From Thecamonas trahens ATCC 50062 (Eukaryota > Protista > Apusomonadida): DNA of 64,000 nt. Positions 20,264 through 31,206 of this stretch are shown in pieces. The position numbers and the translations under genes were made by a program. The notes under the pieces are model-generated. The model had not been told where the DNA came from, did not search any database, and worked only from the letters and a program-made list of their open reading frames with translations. The stretch lies in assembly GCF_000142905.1 (NCBI RefSeq), contig NW_013657667.1, positions 68,801-132,800 of the forward strand. Direction: 5' to 3'. How positions within the stretch are numbered: position 1 is the stretch's first letter; each line of letters starts with the position of its first letter.

Positions 20264-22201
20264 TCAACGCTGCCGCGCCCGCTTCTTTGCCCGCGCATCG
20301 CCTCCGTCGTCGGGGCCTGGTGGCGGCGCCGCTGACGATGCGATCGACGATGTTGCTGTTGTGGCTAGCCCGCGGCGGCGCTTCCGCGACGACGACGCCG
20401 CTGCCGGGGCTGCAAGGTTGACAGAAACAGTCTCGCGGCGCTCACGCGCAAGCGGCGCCGCAACAGGCGCGGTAGCCTCTTCGGCGGGTTTGTCCGCGGG
20501 CGCAAGAATCGGTGCAGCTCCGATCCGGAGCGACGGGTCGTTGAGCGAGAAGCGCAGCTTGGACGAGTTGGCCTGCACCGCCGCCATGCCCACCGCTCGC
20601 TCAAACGCCACATCCAGCTCGTGGTTAAGCTGCTTCTCACGCGACCGCAGCGACGGCTGGATGCCCGAAAACGCCACAGAGATCTCGCGATAGAGCTGCT
20701 TCTGCGTCTTGGCCCGCCCGGTCTCGGCATCCTTGTACAGGCTGGCACCCACGCTGCCGGTTCCAACATCCACCACCTCGTCGTTGGCCCGTCCCATCTT
20801 GGCCATGTCCTGGTTGAGCGTACCCCGCGCCCTCAGTCGCTGCAGCGTCGCAGCCAGCCCGCCCTGTCGGCCCGCCGCCAACTGCGTGCCCTGTGCCTCG
20901 TCCTGCTCGGCAGCGGCATCAACAACATCCATCGCGGCCGGCGCAGTCAGTGGAGCTGCAGCCGCAGCTACAGCCACTGGCTCTACGGCTGGTGCAGCTA
21001 CGGTAGCTGCCACAACCGGCTTGGTCTCCGCCTCGCCCACGCTGGTCCTCTCCTCATTCTGCTGCGCCTTCTCCTCTTCCAGTGAGGCCTTGACGCGCTG
21101 AACAAACTCGGCCGTCTCGTCAAAGATGACTGCGTCCGGATCGGGCTCGCTCACCTCCATTCCGGCCTTGGCTTTGTTGTCAGCGACGACGGCACGGACA
21201 ACGGCGTCGCTGCCACCGACGCTCGCACCCGGCGCGGCGGCCGCCGCCGCCAGGGCCGCCATCCGCGCTTCCAGCATTGAGCTCGCGAGGATGGCCTCTG
21301 CTGCATCATCCTCGTCCTCATCGTCGTCGATGACGGCAACCGCTCCTCGCGGTGCAAGCTCAAAGCCCTCCGGCAACGACGCTGCCAGACCCGCTCCCTG
21401 CCCGGCAGCAGCCAGCTTGTCGGCCTCGGTCACCAGCCCGTGCTTGCGCCGCCGCCGCTTGGCCTTCTTCTCCTTCTTGGCTTTCTTTCCGCGCTTCCGG
21501 CTCCGGAACGAGCTCGCCACGCTCTTCTTCTCCGACTCGAGCGAGTACTGCATCGCCGCCGAACTGCTGCTAGCCAGCGCCCCACCGGCGCTCACCGCGT
21601 CGAGCGCAGCCTCAGCCCGGGCCGCATCGGCTTGCGCCCTCTGAAACTGAGCCTGAACAGACGCGACCGAGAAACCGGGCCCGTCGTCGTCATCGTCGTC
21701 AACCGTGTCGTACTTGGCGAGGACCGAGCCTGCAGCCGCCAGATGCGGGTTGTACTTGCCCGAGATCCGCGCCGCAGCCGCCTTCTTCAGCCGCTGCTCC
21801 TCTGCCATGGCAAGCGACTCGAGCACCGGCTCTTCCCCAGCATGCCTCACGTCGACGTCCTTTAGCGTGAGCACAACGTCTTGCCCGACCGCCAAATCCC
21901 CCAGCGCGTGTGCGACCACCGGGAGAGCGTGTCCCTCTCCGCCATCTCCAGCCTGAGCCCTTCGCCGCTTTCTCCTCTTCCTGCGACCCGAGCCACTTTC
22001 GACCCCCCCATCCCCGCCCACCTCGGCAGCCTTGGCTCGCACCCGCGCCAACCAGCCATCATCATCATCGTCGCCATCATCACCTTGCCCGCCGCCGCCT
22101 CCGCCTTCGCCTCGGCTGCCAGCAGAGAGCGGTGCTGTGGCCAGCAGCTCACGCCGCCGCCGCGCAGCAGCCACACGCGCCATGGCCTCCTCGTCAGACA
22201 T
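20264..22201 (-). CDS. SART1: U4/U6.U5 tri-snRNP protein SART1/Snu66
   Basis: VVLTLKDVDV, IFDETAEFV, GGLAATLQRLRARGTL and YKDAETGRAKTQKQLYREISVAFSG match SART-1 blocks. Confidence 0.82.
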   Translation of the reverse strand: MSDEEAMARVAAARRRRELLATAPLSAGSRGEGGGGGGQGDDGDDDDDGWLARVRAKAAEVGGDGGVESGSGRRKRRKRRRAQAGDGGEGHALPVVAHALGDLAVGQDVVLTLKDVDVRHAGEEPVLESLAMAEEQRLKKAAAARISGKYNPHLAAAGSVLAKYDTVDDDDDDGPGFSVASVQAQFQRAQADAARAEAALDAVSAGGALASSSSAAMQYSLESEKKSVASSFRSRKRGKKAKKEKKAKRRRRKHGLVTEADKLAAAGQGAGLAASLPEGFELAPRGAVAVIDDDEDEDDAAEAILASSMLEARMAALAAAAAAPGASVGGSDAVVRAVVADNKAKAGMEVSEPDPDAVIFDETAEFVQRVKASLEEEKAQQNEERTSVGEAETKPVVAATVAAPAVEPVAVAAAAAPLTAPAAMDVVDAAAEQDEAQGTQLAAGRQGGLAATLQRLRARGTLNQDMAKMGRANDEVVDVGTGSVGASLYKDAETGRAKTQKQLYREISVAFSGIQPSLRSREKQLNHELDVAFERAVGMAAVQANSSKLRFSLNDPSLRIGAAPILAPADKPAEEATAPVAAPLARERRETVSVNLAAPAAASSSRKRRRGLATTATSSIASSAAPPPGPDDGGDARAKKRARQR

Positions 22202-22428
22202 ACGCTCTGCTCTGGCTCGCCTGGAGTGGGGTGGCTGCTCGTTGCGGTTGACGTCGCTCTCGGTCCGTCTCCCTCCGCCATAGTCGTGCCGCTCGTCGGC
22301 TCGCTGCTTGCTGGTCCGCTCAAGCCGCCCAAGTCGCACTACCAGGCGGAATGGTCGCCATGCGCACATCGCGACGCATCTGAGCCAAATAACGCATGCG
22401 CCGGTACTTGGTCTTTAACCTGCACTGC

Positions 22429-23510
22429 CTACAGACGCGATTGGGTGCTGGCCTCGGCAGACGGCATGACGATGACAAGCTTGCCGCGGGCTTGGCCGGC
22501 GGCCAGGCGGGTAAAGCCAGTTCGGACCGCAGTGATGTCGTCAAAGTCGTAGAGACCACCCACGAGTGGCGAGATCTTGCCGGCATCGGCCCAGGCGGAC
22601 ATGGTGGAGATCATGTCAGCCGCAAGATCCGGATGGAGTGCCATAGATGCGCCGGCGCGGACGCCGACCGCCGACACGCCCTTGACCAGCAAGAGGTTGG
22701 CCTTGAAGGCCGGAATGTCGCCGGATGCAAAGCCGACGACCAAGAACCGGCCCTCAGGGCAAAGGCAGCGGAGCGAGGCATGGGCAACCTCGCCGCCAAC
22801 CACATCGTACACAACGTCTGCCAGCTGGCCATCATTGGCGTCCTTGACCGCATCCTTCAGCCCGCGGCGCGACGCTTGGTCGCTTCCGTAGCTGACGGCG
22901 GCGTGCGCTCCCAGCTCCAGTACAGCCTCGGCCTTTTCCATCGACGACGCTGCCGCGATGACATGCGCGCCGACCGCCAGGCCGACCTGGATGGCGGCCG
23001 CGCCCATGCCGCCCGACGCCCCGGTGACCAGAAGTGTCTCGTCCTTGGCCAGGCCGCCGCGATGCACCAGGCCGTGGTAAGCTGTGAGGAAGCCGACACC
23101 GAGACCCGCCGCTGAGACCATGTCCATTCTCGCCGGAATCGGGATGCACACCGCAGCCGGCGCCACCACTAGGGTGGCGAGCGTGCCCTGGACGCCCATG
23201 GCAAGCATGACCCGATCGCCGACAGCCACATTGCGGACCTCGTCACCGATCTCGACCACAACACCGGCACCCTCGGCCCCGGCACAAACGGCGATGGCGT
23301 CGGCATCTGATACGAGTTGGTGAGGAAGAGGTTGTCGAAAAAGTTGAGCGCCGCCGCATGCATGCAGATCCGGACCTCCCACCCGCGCAGCTCGGCCTCG
23401 CCCTTGGGCCACACACCGTGCTCCAGCGCCGCGATTCCAGCCTTAGTCGTCTTGCATGGCGCCTCGAGAACTACCGCTCTCGCTCTGTCGCATGCTCCGT
23501 CTGTGGCCAT
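22429..23510 (-). CDS. NADPH:quinone oxidoreductase (MDR/zeta-crystallin family); one-base frameshift at about 23277-23280
   Basis: AAALNFFD...YQ...PFVPG lies in one frame. EGAGVV..VGDRV, VTGASGGMG, VYDVVGG and GRFLVVGFASG lie in the next frame. Confidence 0.9.
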
Positions 23511-23871
23511 CTTTCAACTCTGCTCGCTACAGAGTCAGGTGGCCGTGCCCGAGGCAGGGGCCAGAGCCAGGCTACGGCTCCAGAGCCGGACACAATCACA
23601 GGCTGATGCAGCGATGACACACGTACAAACCCGCACACGTACCTCTCTCTCTCTCTCTCTCGCGTGCGCGCAACAAATGCCTGCTCGACATGGTCGCTTG
23701 ATCCCGCTGTAGCGGAGATCACCCACAAGCGCGTGTTCATTGCTCCGCAGGAGGAACTTCTTCCTCCTCCTCCCCCCCCCCCCTCGGCGGCGATCAGCTC
23801 CGATCTTGCTCCCTCGTCCACTCTCACCTAGTCCTCATCGTCAGAGGGCGCACCCTCGTGTGCGTAGGCCG

Positions 23872-24456
23872 TTACCAGATGACCCGCGGCGGGCGAGGCG
23901 CTTGAGGGAGGACGGGCGCGTCATCAGGCGCATCGGCCCTGTGATGCGAGGCCCAGGCCTGAGCAGCCAGGCCGGTGAGCTGAGCCGGGGCCAGACCAGC
24001 ATCAACAGCAGCTTCCAGCGCGTCGACGATGCGCGACTCGAGAGCAATGGCCTTGGCAGCCTCTTCGCCTGCCGCCGCCGCGTTGCGCTGGATCTCCTCG
24101 GTCGACCGCGCCACCACCGCGCTGCGGATGGCCAGCGACAGCGCCGTTCCTGCAAGGACAATGACGCCAAAGTCTGGTGCGTGCATGGTGATGACATCGC
24201 CCCACGACCGCCCGCCCGGCGGCGGCGGCGGCGGCGGTGCCCCCGAAGGCGGCGGTGACAGCGCTGGCGGCGGCCGCGGCGGATGCAGCGCACGGCTCTC
24301 AGCCCCGGCCCCGGCCCCAGCCCGAGTCCCTGCCGCCCGGCCGCCCGCTACCTGCGGCCGTAGAAGCTCTTCACACCTAGCCAGCGCCTCTGTCAGCACC
24401 CGTCCGCAGCGCCTGGACCACCACCGTCGTCCCACAAGTTGTCGGCTGAGTAGCAT
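23872..24456 (-). CDS. Hypothetical single-TM protein with Arg-rich, possibly mitochondrial, N-terminus
   Basis: MLLSRQLVGRRWWSRR start, hydrophobic FGVIVLAGTALSLAI and a short coiled-coil segment. Confidence 0.55.
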   Translation of the reverse strand: MLLSRQLVGRRWWSRRCGRVLTEALARCEELLRPQVAGGRAAGTRAGAGAGAESRALHPPRPPPALSPPPSGAPPPPPPPGGRSWGDVITMHAPDFGVIVLAGTALSLAIRSAVVARSTEEIQRNAAAAGEEAAKAIALESRIVDALEAAVDAGLAPAQLTGLAAQAWASHHRADAPDDAPVLPQAPRPPRVIW

Positions 24457-24566
24457 GGCTGAGCGCACGGGTGAGTCGAGTGGTGGCCGGCAAGCGCTTC
24501 GCCCAACCTCTGCGGGCGCCGGCAACTGCAAGTAGGCAACACGTTCAATTGGCACACGATGAAAAC

Positions 24567-26454
24567 TCAGGCCTGGAGGTAGTTGGACGGCACGACGCCG
24601 ATAACGCCGTTGAGCTCGGCCTCCCACCAGCCCGAGTCGTCCTGGAGGAGGACGCGGAGGACGTCGCCTTCGGCAAAGGAGAGCTCGCCGTCACCCTGGG
24701 CTTCATAGTCGTAGAGGGCAGTGGCATGGACTTCGGGCTGCTCGTCACCGCCGTAGTCGTCATAGGCGCCCATGCCGCCGTCGGCGTAGCCCGAGGTGAC
24801 GCCGAGGGCAGCCTCGATCTCGACCTTTTCGTTGTTGAGCGTCTCGATCTTGGCCTCACAGTCGCGGATCTGCTGCTCGACCTCGAGCTTGGCGGCGGAG
24901 CCCGGCTCGTAGCAGTCGACGAGAGTGGCGATACCCTTCTTGGTCTTGACCTCGGCCGAGACCTCGGCGTCAATGGCAGCGAGACGGTCCTCGAGCTCCT
25001 GGGGCGACATCGAGGCCACGTCCTTGCCGCGGGTCGGCCCGGGACCGGCAACGGTGGAGGTCGGGCGCGGCGCAGGGGGCCTGGCCGACATCGAGCCGCC
25101 TGAAGGCGCCGGCGACGCCGACACCGACGACGCCTTGCCGAGCGAGGACAGGAACGCCGGCGCCTCGTACGGCAGCGACGACGGGTGTGAGGCGCCCGAG
25201 ACCTCCTTGTTGACAAACATGGCAATGTCGCCCGAGGTGTCGATGGCGTCGACGGCGTCGGCCATCGTCGCCAGCGAGTTCTCCGTCCGCGGCAGCAGCT
25301 CGCGCTGGGTCGTGACGAGAGACGCCATGGTCGACCGCAGCTGCTCGATGCGGTCGCGGTCGAGATCCTCCATCGAGGTCAGGACGCGCGGGAAGAGGTT
25401 GTCGTAAAAGTCGACCTGCAGCGCGTTGGTCGTCGTCACACCTTCGGCATACACAGCGTCGGCAGCCTCGGCCTTGGCTAGCGCCGACTCGGCCTTGCTC
25501 GACGCCTTCATCACCGCCGCAGGGTTGGCGCCCGGGTCCGAGTCGGCCTTGGCGTACGTCTCCTGTGCCTTCTGTGCAGAATCGGACGCCTTGTGTGCCG
25601 ACGACCGGAGCTTGGACAGGTTCGAGTACGCAGACTGCAGGTCCTTGATCATGTGCTGGCCCTCGGACACAATGGTCTTGCGCTCCTTCTCCTTCATCTT
25701 GAGATACGCGTTGAGCGGGTCGAGTACCGCCGTCGACAGCTCGCCCGAAGCCGCCGTGTAGTTGACCGCAATGACCTCAGACTCTCGGAGCACAGCCTCA
25801 AAGGCATCACGGTTTGAGCCCTCCTCGTTGGACTTGCGCAGGTCCTTGAGCGCGCTCTTGGTCAGCTTGGACAGGCCCTTGCCGTAGTCCTCCATCAGGC
25901 CCGAGAGCTTCTTGATAAACTTGGAAGCGACCTTGAGCGTGTTGAGGCCATCGTCCGTCCTCGCCGCTACCTCGTCAAACTTGTCCTATCCCCCCACCCA
26001 CCATCATCCCCAGCCACATCATCAGCCCGTCACCACGAGAAGACCACCACCACCACCACCGCCCGCCGGTCGGCCCACGGCCCATACCACCAGTTCCGCC
26101 CACACTTCCATAAGTCCACGTAGAGAGCTCCGAACAAGCCCCTCACCACCCCCGCCCTACCAACATTCCCCACACTCGATTGCACCTTGCCAGCTGTCTG
26201 CCAACCCGCACAGCTGTCCTGTGTGTGCCCCCTCCTCCTCCCCTTCGCCGACGCCTCACGGAGTGGCAAAAATCGTCACCATTCAGGCCAGCGCCAGGCC
26301 ACGGCACACCCGAGTGGACCGCCATGGGTATACTCAATACATGTATGGATGGATGACCATGATAGGGGAGTTGGATAGACTACATAGTGGGGGGTTGGGA
26401 GGGTGGAGGGGCATGGGGCATGCATGTACGTACAAACAGCTCTGTGAATGACAT
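24567..26454 (-). CDS. F-BAR + HR1-like + SH3 protein (CIP4/TOCA/PSTPIP-like). Exon1 26454..26434, intron 26433..25986
   Basis: MSFTELF|DKFDEV...EDYGKGLSKL FCH start, helical BAR region, and SH3 ATALYDYEAQGDGELSFAEGDVL..GWW..PSNY. Confidence 0.9.
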
Positions 26455-26717
26455 GGTGGGGGCTGACGACGACACGTGTGGCCAGCACCTCCCATTTCAT
26501 TCATTCTGCAGTAGTCGCCGATGCTAATTGGTGTGCCGCCCGCTGGCCTGGCCTCGCGCCCGCACGCAACGAGCTTTCACTATCACTCTCTTTAGCTAAC
26601 CTCCATCCACCCACGCCACCGGCATCGGGTATCTCATGCCATCGCAAGGACTACGCTGTGCCTCTTTGGTATCGTGGCCGTGGGCTACAATGGCCAAGAT
26701 GATCATTCCAACCGCTG

Positions 26718-26732
26718 TACACACACACACAC

Positions 26733-26793
<61 letters not shown>

Positions 26794-26805
26794 CATACAC
26801 ACACA
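26718..26805. repeat. Compound (CA)n(TA)n microsatellite
   Basis: Visible directly, in the divergent intergenic region. Confidence 0.95.
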
Positions 26806-26972
26806 TGCAATGGTGTGCATCGATCGTTGTCGATCCACGAGCCCATGCCTGTGGCGTGGTGACGATCAGAGCTGGCGGACTCGCACTGAACAAAGCAAAG
26901 GTAAATGGGCCCAGCCACTGGCGAGGGCAGACACCGCACCACCGCACCACCTCACCACCTTTGCTGGCAAAC

Positions 26973-28211
26973 ATGGCGGCACAGCCCATCACACTAGTCA
27001 CAGGAGGTGCAGGACACCTTGGAGGTAACCTGGTTCGGGCGCTGCTTGCCCGTGGACAGGAGCGGGTACGTGCAGGGGACGGGCAAGAGTGGAGCCCGGG
27101 GATCGGAGGCGTGGCATGGCATGGCCATACAGCAGGGTGAGACAGAGGTCATCAAGGCGATGATGGGCAATGCTGTGGATCTCACATACCAAGCCATACC
27201 AATCGATGGATGTGTCGCTGGGTCGGGGGGGGGGGGGGGGGGGGGCAGGTCCGGTGCATCATTCGCTCCGGCTCAAACAACCAGGCGCTGGAAGGGCTCG
27301 GGGTGGAGCTTGTCGAGGCTGATCTGCGGGACGATGCTGCGGTGGAGGCAGCCGTTGCTGGTGTCGACTACGTGTACCATCTTGCGGCATTTGTCTCCAT
27401 CCGGCATGGCGATCGGAAGAACTTGTTTGACGTCAACATCGAAGGCTCGAAACGGCTGATGCAGGCGTGCCTGGCGGCGGGAGTGAAGCGGGTGGTCTAC
27501 TGCTCCTCGTTTGGAGCCGTCCGCAACGTGGCCCCTGCGCCGTGCACTGAGGCGTCAACTTTCTCACCGTACGAAGAGACGACCGACTACGAGGTCTCCA
27601 AGGGCTTTGCTGAGGGCGAGGTCTTGCGGATTGCTGCCCAGGGCCTCGACGTGGTGGTGGTCAACCCGTCGGGCATCATCGGCGGGCACGACTACAAGCC
27701 GTCGCTCACCGGGCAGTCTATTCTCGAGTTTGCCGCGGGCAACATTCGAGCGTACCCGACGGGCGGCTTTGACTTTGTCCACGTCGACTCGGTCGTCGAC
27801 GGGTGCCTGGCGGCGATGGAGCGCGGCAAGACCGGCGAGCGGTACCTGCTGACGGGCGAGTGGGTGGCGATGAAGACCGTCTTTGAGTGGCTGGCCGAGT
27901 TTACCGGCAGGCCTGCGCCGTGGCTCTGCGTTCCGGGCTCGGTCATGATCCCGTTTGTGCGCGCAAAGGACTGGATCGAGCGCACCTTCTTCCCGGACGT
28001 GCTCCCGCGGTTCAACGAGAACTCGATCCGCCTGCTCAACTGCGGCAAGTGGGCCGACCATTCCAAGGCCGAGCGCGAACTCGGCGTGGTCTTCAAGCCG
28101 ACCAAGGACGCGTTCCGCGACGCCGTCGCCTGGTTCATCGAGGTCGGCGCCATCAAGGCGCCGTCGGGCTACACCCCACCGCCGGGCTATTCGCTGCCGT
28201 CCAAGCTCTGA
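26973..28211 (+). CDS. NAD-dependent epimerase/dehydratase (extended SDR; DFR/HpnA-like). Exon1 26973..27065, intron 27066..27248
   Basis: LVTGGAGHLGG Rossmann motif, HLAA, catalytic YEVSK, VNPSGIIG and GERYLL. Confidence 0.92.
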
Positions 28212-28260
28212 GCTCTGAGAGCGGCAGCCGTAAACGCACTCGCTCCTCACGCGATCTCTG

Positions 28261-30236
28261 TTACTCCATTTCGTTGAAGAACGACGGCAGCGGCTTGCCC
28301 GACGACGAGCCAAAGGCGGCGGCGGCGGCGGCCGACACAAAGTCGTCCTCCGACTGGGCTGGCGGTGACGGCGCGGCGCCGGGCGCCGGCAGCGGCACGT
28401 TGCTCACTGTGGTTTGCCAAAACTCGAGCCATGCCGAGACGCTGCCGCGGAGCGTGGTCGACTCGGCCTCGAGCGCCGCAATCTGGGCCTCGGTCTCGGC
28501 CGAGAGCGCCTTGATTTTGGCCTCGGCTGCCTGCAGCTTGGCCTCGAGCTCGTTGGCGTGCGCCTGCGACCGGGCAATGGTCTCGGACATGTCGGCGAGG
28601 CAGACCGACGACGACGGGGGTCAACGGTGAAGATCTGCGAGTGGGCATTGAGAAAGTCGATGAGCCGCCCATTGTGGTACTGCCGGAGCTGCGCGTGGAA
28701 CTCGGGTGAGAGCCGGAAGTACAGGTCGTTGAGCTGGACCCGCCCAAACTCGGTGAGAAAGCGGACAATGTACTCGCGGAGCGTGGTGGCGTTGCGCAGG
28801 TCGGCCATACCGGCCATCTCGCCCATCGAGACGCCCGGGAGCATCGGCATGGCCGGAATCGTCTGCTTCTCCGCACGTGCCTGTGCTGCTGCTGCAGCGT
28901 GTGCCTGCGCCTGCATCTGCGCCTGCCGTTGTGCCTGCGCCTGCATCTGCGCCACGTACTGCGCCTGCTGCGCCGCCACCATCTGCGCCGCGTGCGGGTG
29001 CGGGGCTGGGGTGAACCGCGGGCCGCCGCCCTGTCGTGCCTGGTGCGCCTGCGCCTGCGCCTGCGCTTGCTGCATATGATGCATCCGCGCCTGCGCCTCG
29101 GCCTGTGCCCGCTGGCTCTCCTGCTGCTGCGCCGGTGTCATCGGCGGCCGAAATCCTTGCTGCGCCCCGGGGTGGCCGGCAAAGCCTTGGCCCGGTTGTG
29201 TAGCGGCGCGGTTGTCATACGCCTGGGCCTGGGCCTGGGCCTGGGCCTGGGGCTGGGCCTGGGGCTGGGGCTGGGCCTGGGGCTGGGCCTGGGGCTGAGT
29301 CTGGGGCTGGGCCTGGGGCTGGGCCTGGGGCTGGGCCTCTGGCTTGTCCTTGGCCTCGCCCTGGGTCTCGTTCTGGCCCCGGGCCGACGACGTGGCTGCG
29401 CCCTTGCCCGCTGCCCGCTTCTTGCGCGCCCGCACCGCCGGCCGGACAAAGTCGGCTGGCGGCGTCGTCACGCCGGTCGGCTTGAGCATCGTCCGCGAGT
29501 CCTGCTTCTTGCCGTCGGCAGTAAACGCAAACGGGTAGAGGTCAAAGACAAAGAACTTGAGCCCGCCGTGCCCGCGAAAGTACTCGCGGGCAAGCGGCGA
29601 GAGGCTCGAACCGAGGATGGCGAGCGTTGTCCCGTCCGGGTGCGTCGCCATCGCCTTGTACACGTGCGCCAGCGCCGCCTCCTCGTCCGGCACGCAAAAG
29701 AGCCCGGTCGCGCTTTCCAGAGTGTAGAACTGGGCAAATTGCGGAAATGTGAGCGCTTCGGCGATGCCGCCCTTGAGCACGTCGATGCTCGCGCGGACAT
29801 CGGCCGGCACTCTGCTAAGAAGCTGGGCCGTAGTCACGCCATCAGCTCCGATCTCCACCGTGTCGAGCACCTCCTTCAGCGCGCACCCAATGGCGGTCCG
29901 CGACATGAGCGCCTTGACAACCTTACCCGACCCGCCCTTTCCGCTGCCGCCGCCACCGCCTGCCTTACTCGCCCGCGATCTGTTGCCGCCCTTGCCGCGC
30001 CCGCCCTTGCTCCGCGCCGCCGGCGCCGCCGACCGGCCACCCACCGGCGACGACCGACCGGATGAGTTTGGCGACGGCTTGGGCGAAGCCTTTGCAGCAC
30101 CCTTCCCCGATCCATCGTCCTTGCTCCCATTCCGCTCGCCCTTCTGTCCCTTGCCACCGCTCCCAGCCGGCCGTCCACCCTCTGCCGACCCCGCCTCGAC
30201 CTTGCTCGCACCCTTGTTCGGACGTGCCTTGGCCAT
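28261..30236 (-). CDS. Hypothetical protein with three winged-helix (OST-HTH/LOTUS-like) modules, Q/A/P-rich linker and C-terminal coiled coil; frameshift at about 28616-28620
   Basis: Repeats such as LGSSLSPLAREYFRGHGGLKFFV and LNDLYFRLSPEFHAQLRQYHNGRLIDFLNAHSQIF, plus (QPQA)n. ORF 28261..28590 supplies the coiled-coil end. Confidence 0.65.
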
Positions 30237-31206
30237 TTGTGTAAGACCTACAACATCCATACACCCATACCCACCCACATCCATACACCCATACCATATA
30301 TGTATTGTGAGTATCCCCCCCCTCCCCCCTCCCTACCCGCTTCCGTGGCAGGTCGCTGACAGAAAGACCGTGGAAACACAGTTTCTACCACCACCACCAC
30401 CACCACCCGCTACACACACTCTCTCTCCTTGCTAAGGAGGGAGAGGGTGGAGAGGGGGAGTGGTTGGGGAGAGCAGACACAATGTAATGTTGTGGGTGCA
30501 TGGGGTATGTGGTGGGCTTACCGTGCTAGTGAGGAGTGTGTCATACATGCCATGCTCACCGGCGTCGCGGCGGGCTGGCGGGCTGTGGTGGCCAAAAGGG
30601 CGCGACGAGCGGAAAAGAGCGACGGTGCGCCTTCCGGCCAAAGACACGATGGACGAGCTGGAGGCGGGGGAGACGGGCAGAATCGGAGGGCAAGGAAGGA
30701 TCAGATCAGATCAGAAAGACAGAGCTCATGATGGATGACCCAAACTCCAGTTGTTCTCACGTCCACCATCTCCACGGCGTGCAAGAGCGGCCGGCGAGGA
30801 CCACAGCAACAACGGCGGAGACCAGGAACGGTGCAACCTGATACCCTCACCTGCTTCATGCAGCCCTGTTCCATGGAGCATCCAATGCTCTTGCTGTATG
30901 CTCCCATGGCGACTGTCATCGTGACCGATGCCATGGTCAAGATCTTCATCGCCACCCAGAGCTGCCAGAGGTGTGCGAGATGAAACCCCCGAACCCGACC
31001 AGTAAGCCGATCCGAGTGGTTTGAGCACGAGGCATGAGGTCGTCTGTTGGCCTTAAAGACGTACCATGCGCTGGCTGTGAGCCAGTGTTTGCCTCGATAT
31101 GATGACATCGGATGGCCATAGGCAGGCAGGAGGGTGTGATTGGAGTGTGATAGCGGGCGTGGGACGACACTTGGCTTGCATTGCCAGTGGAGGGGCCAAG
31201 CAGACG

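Noticed and set aside
30430-31200. Short ORFs between the winged-helix gene and CBL
   Set aside because: No coding-like composition or motifs; treated as divergent intergenic or UTR sequence.
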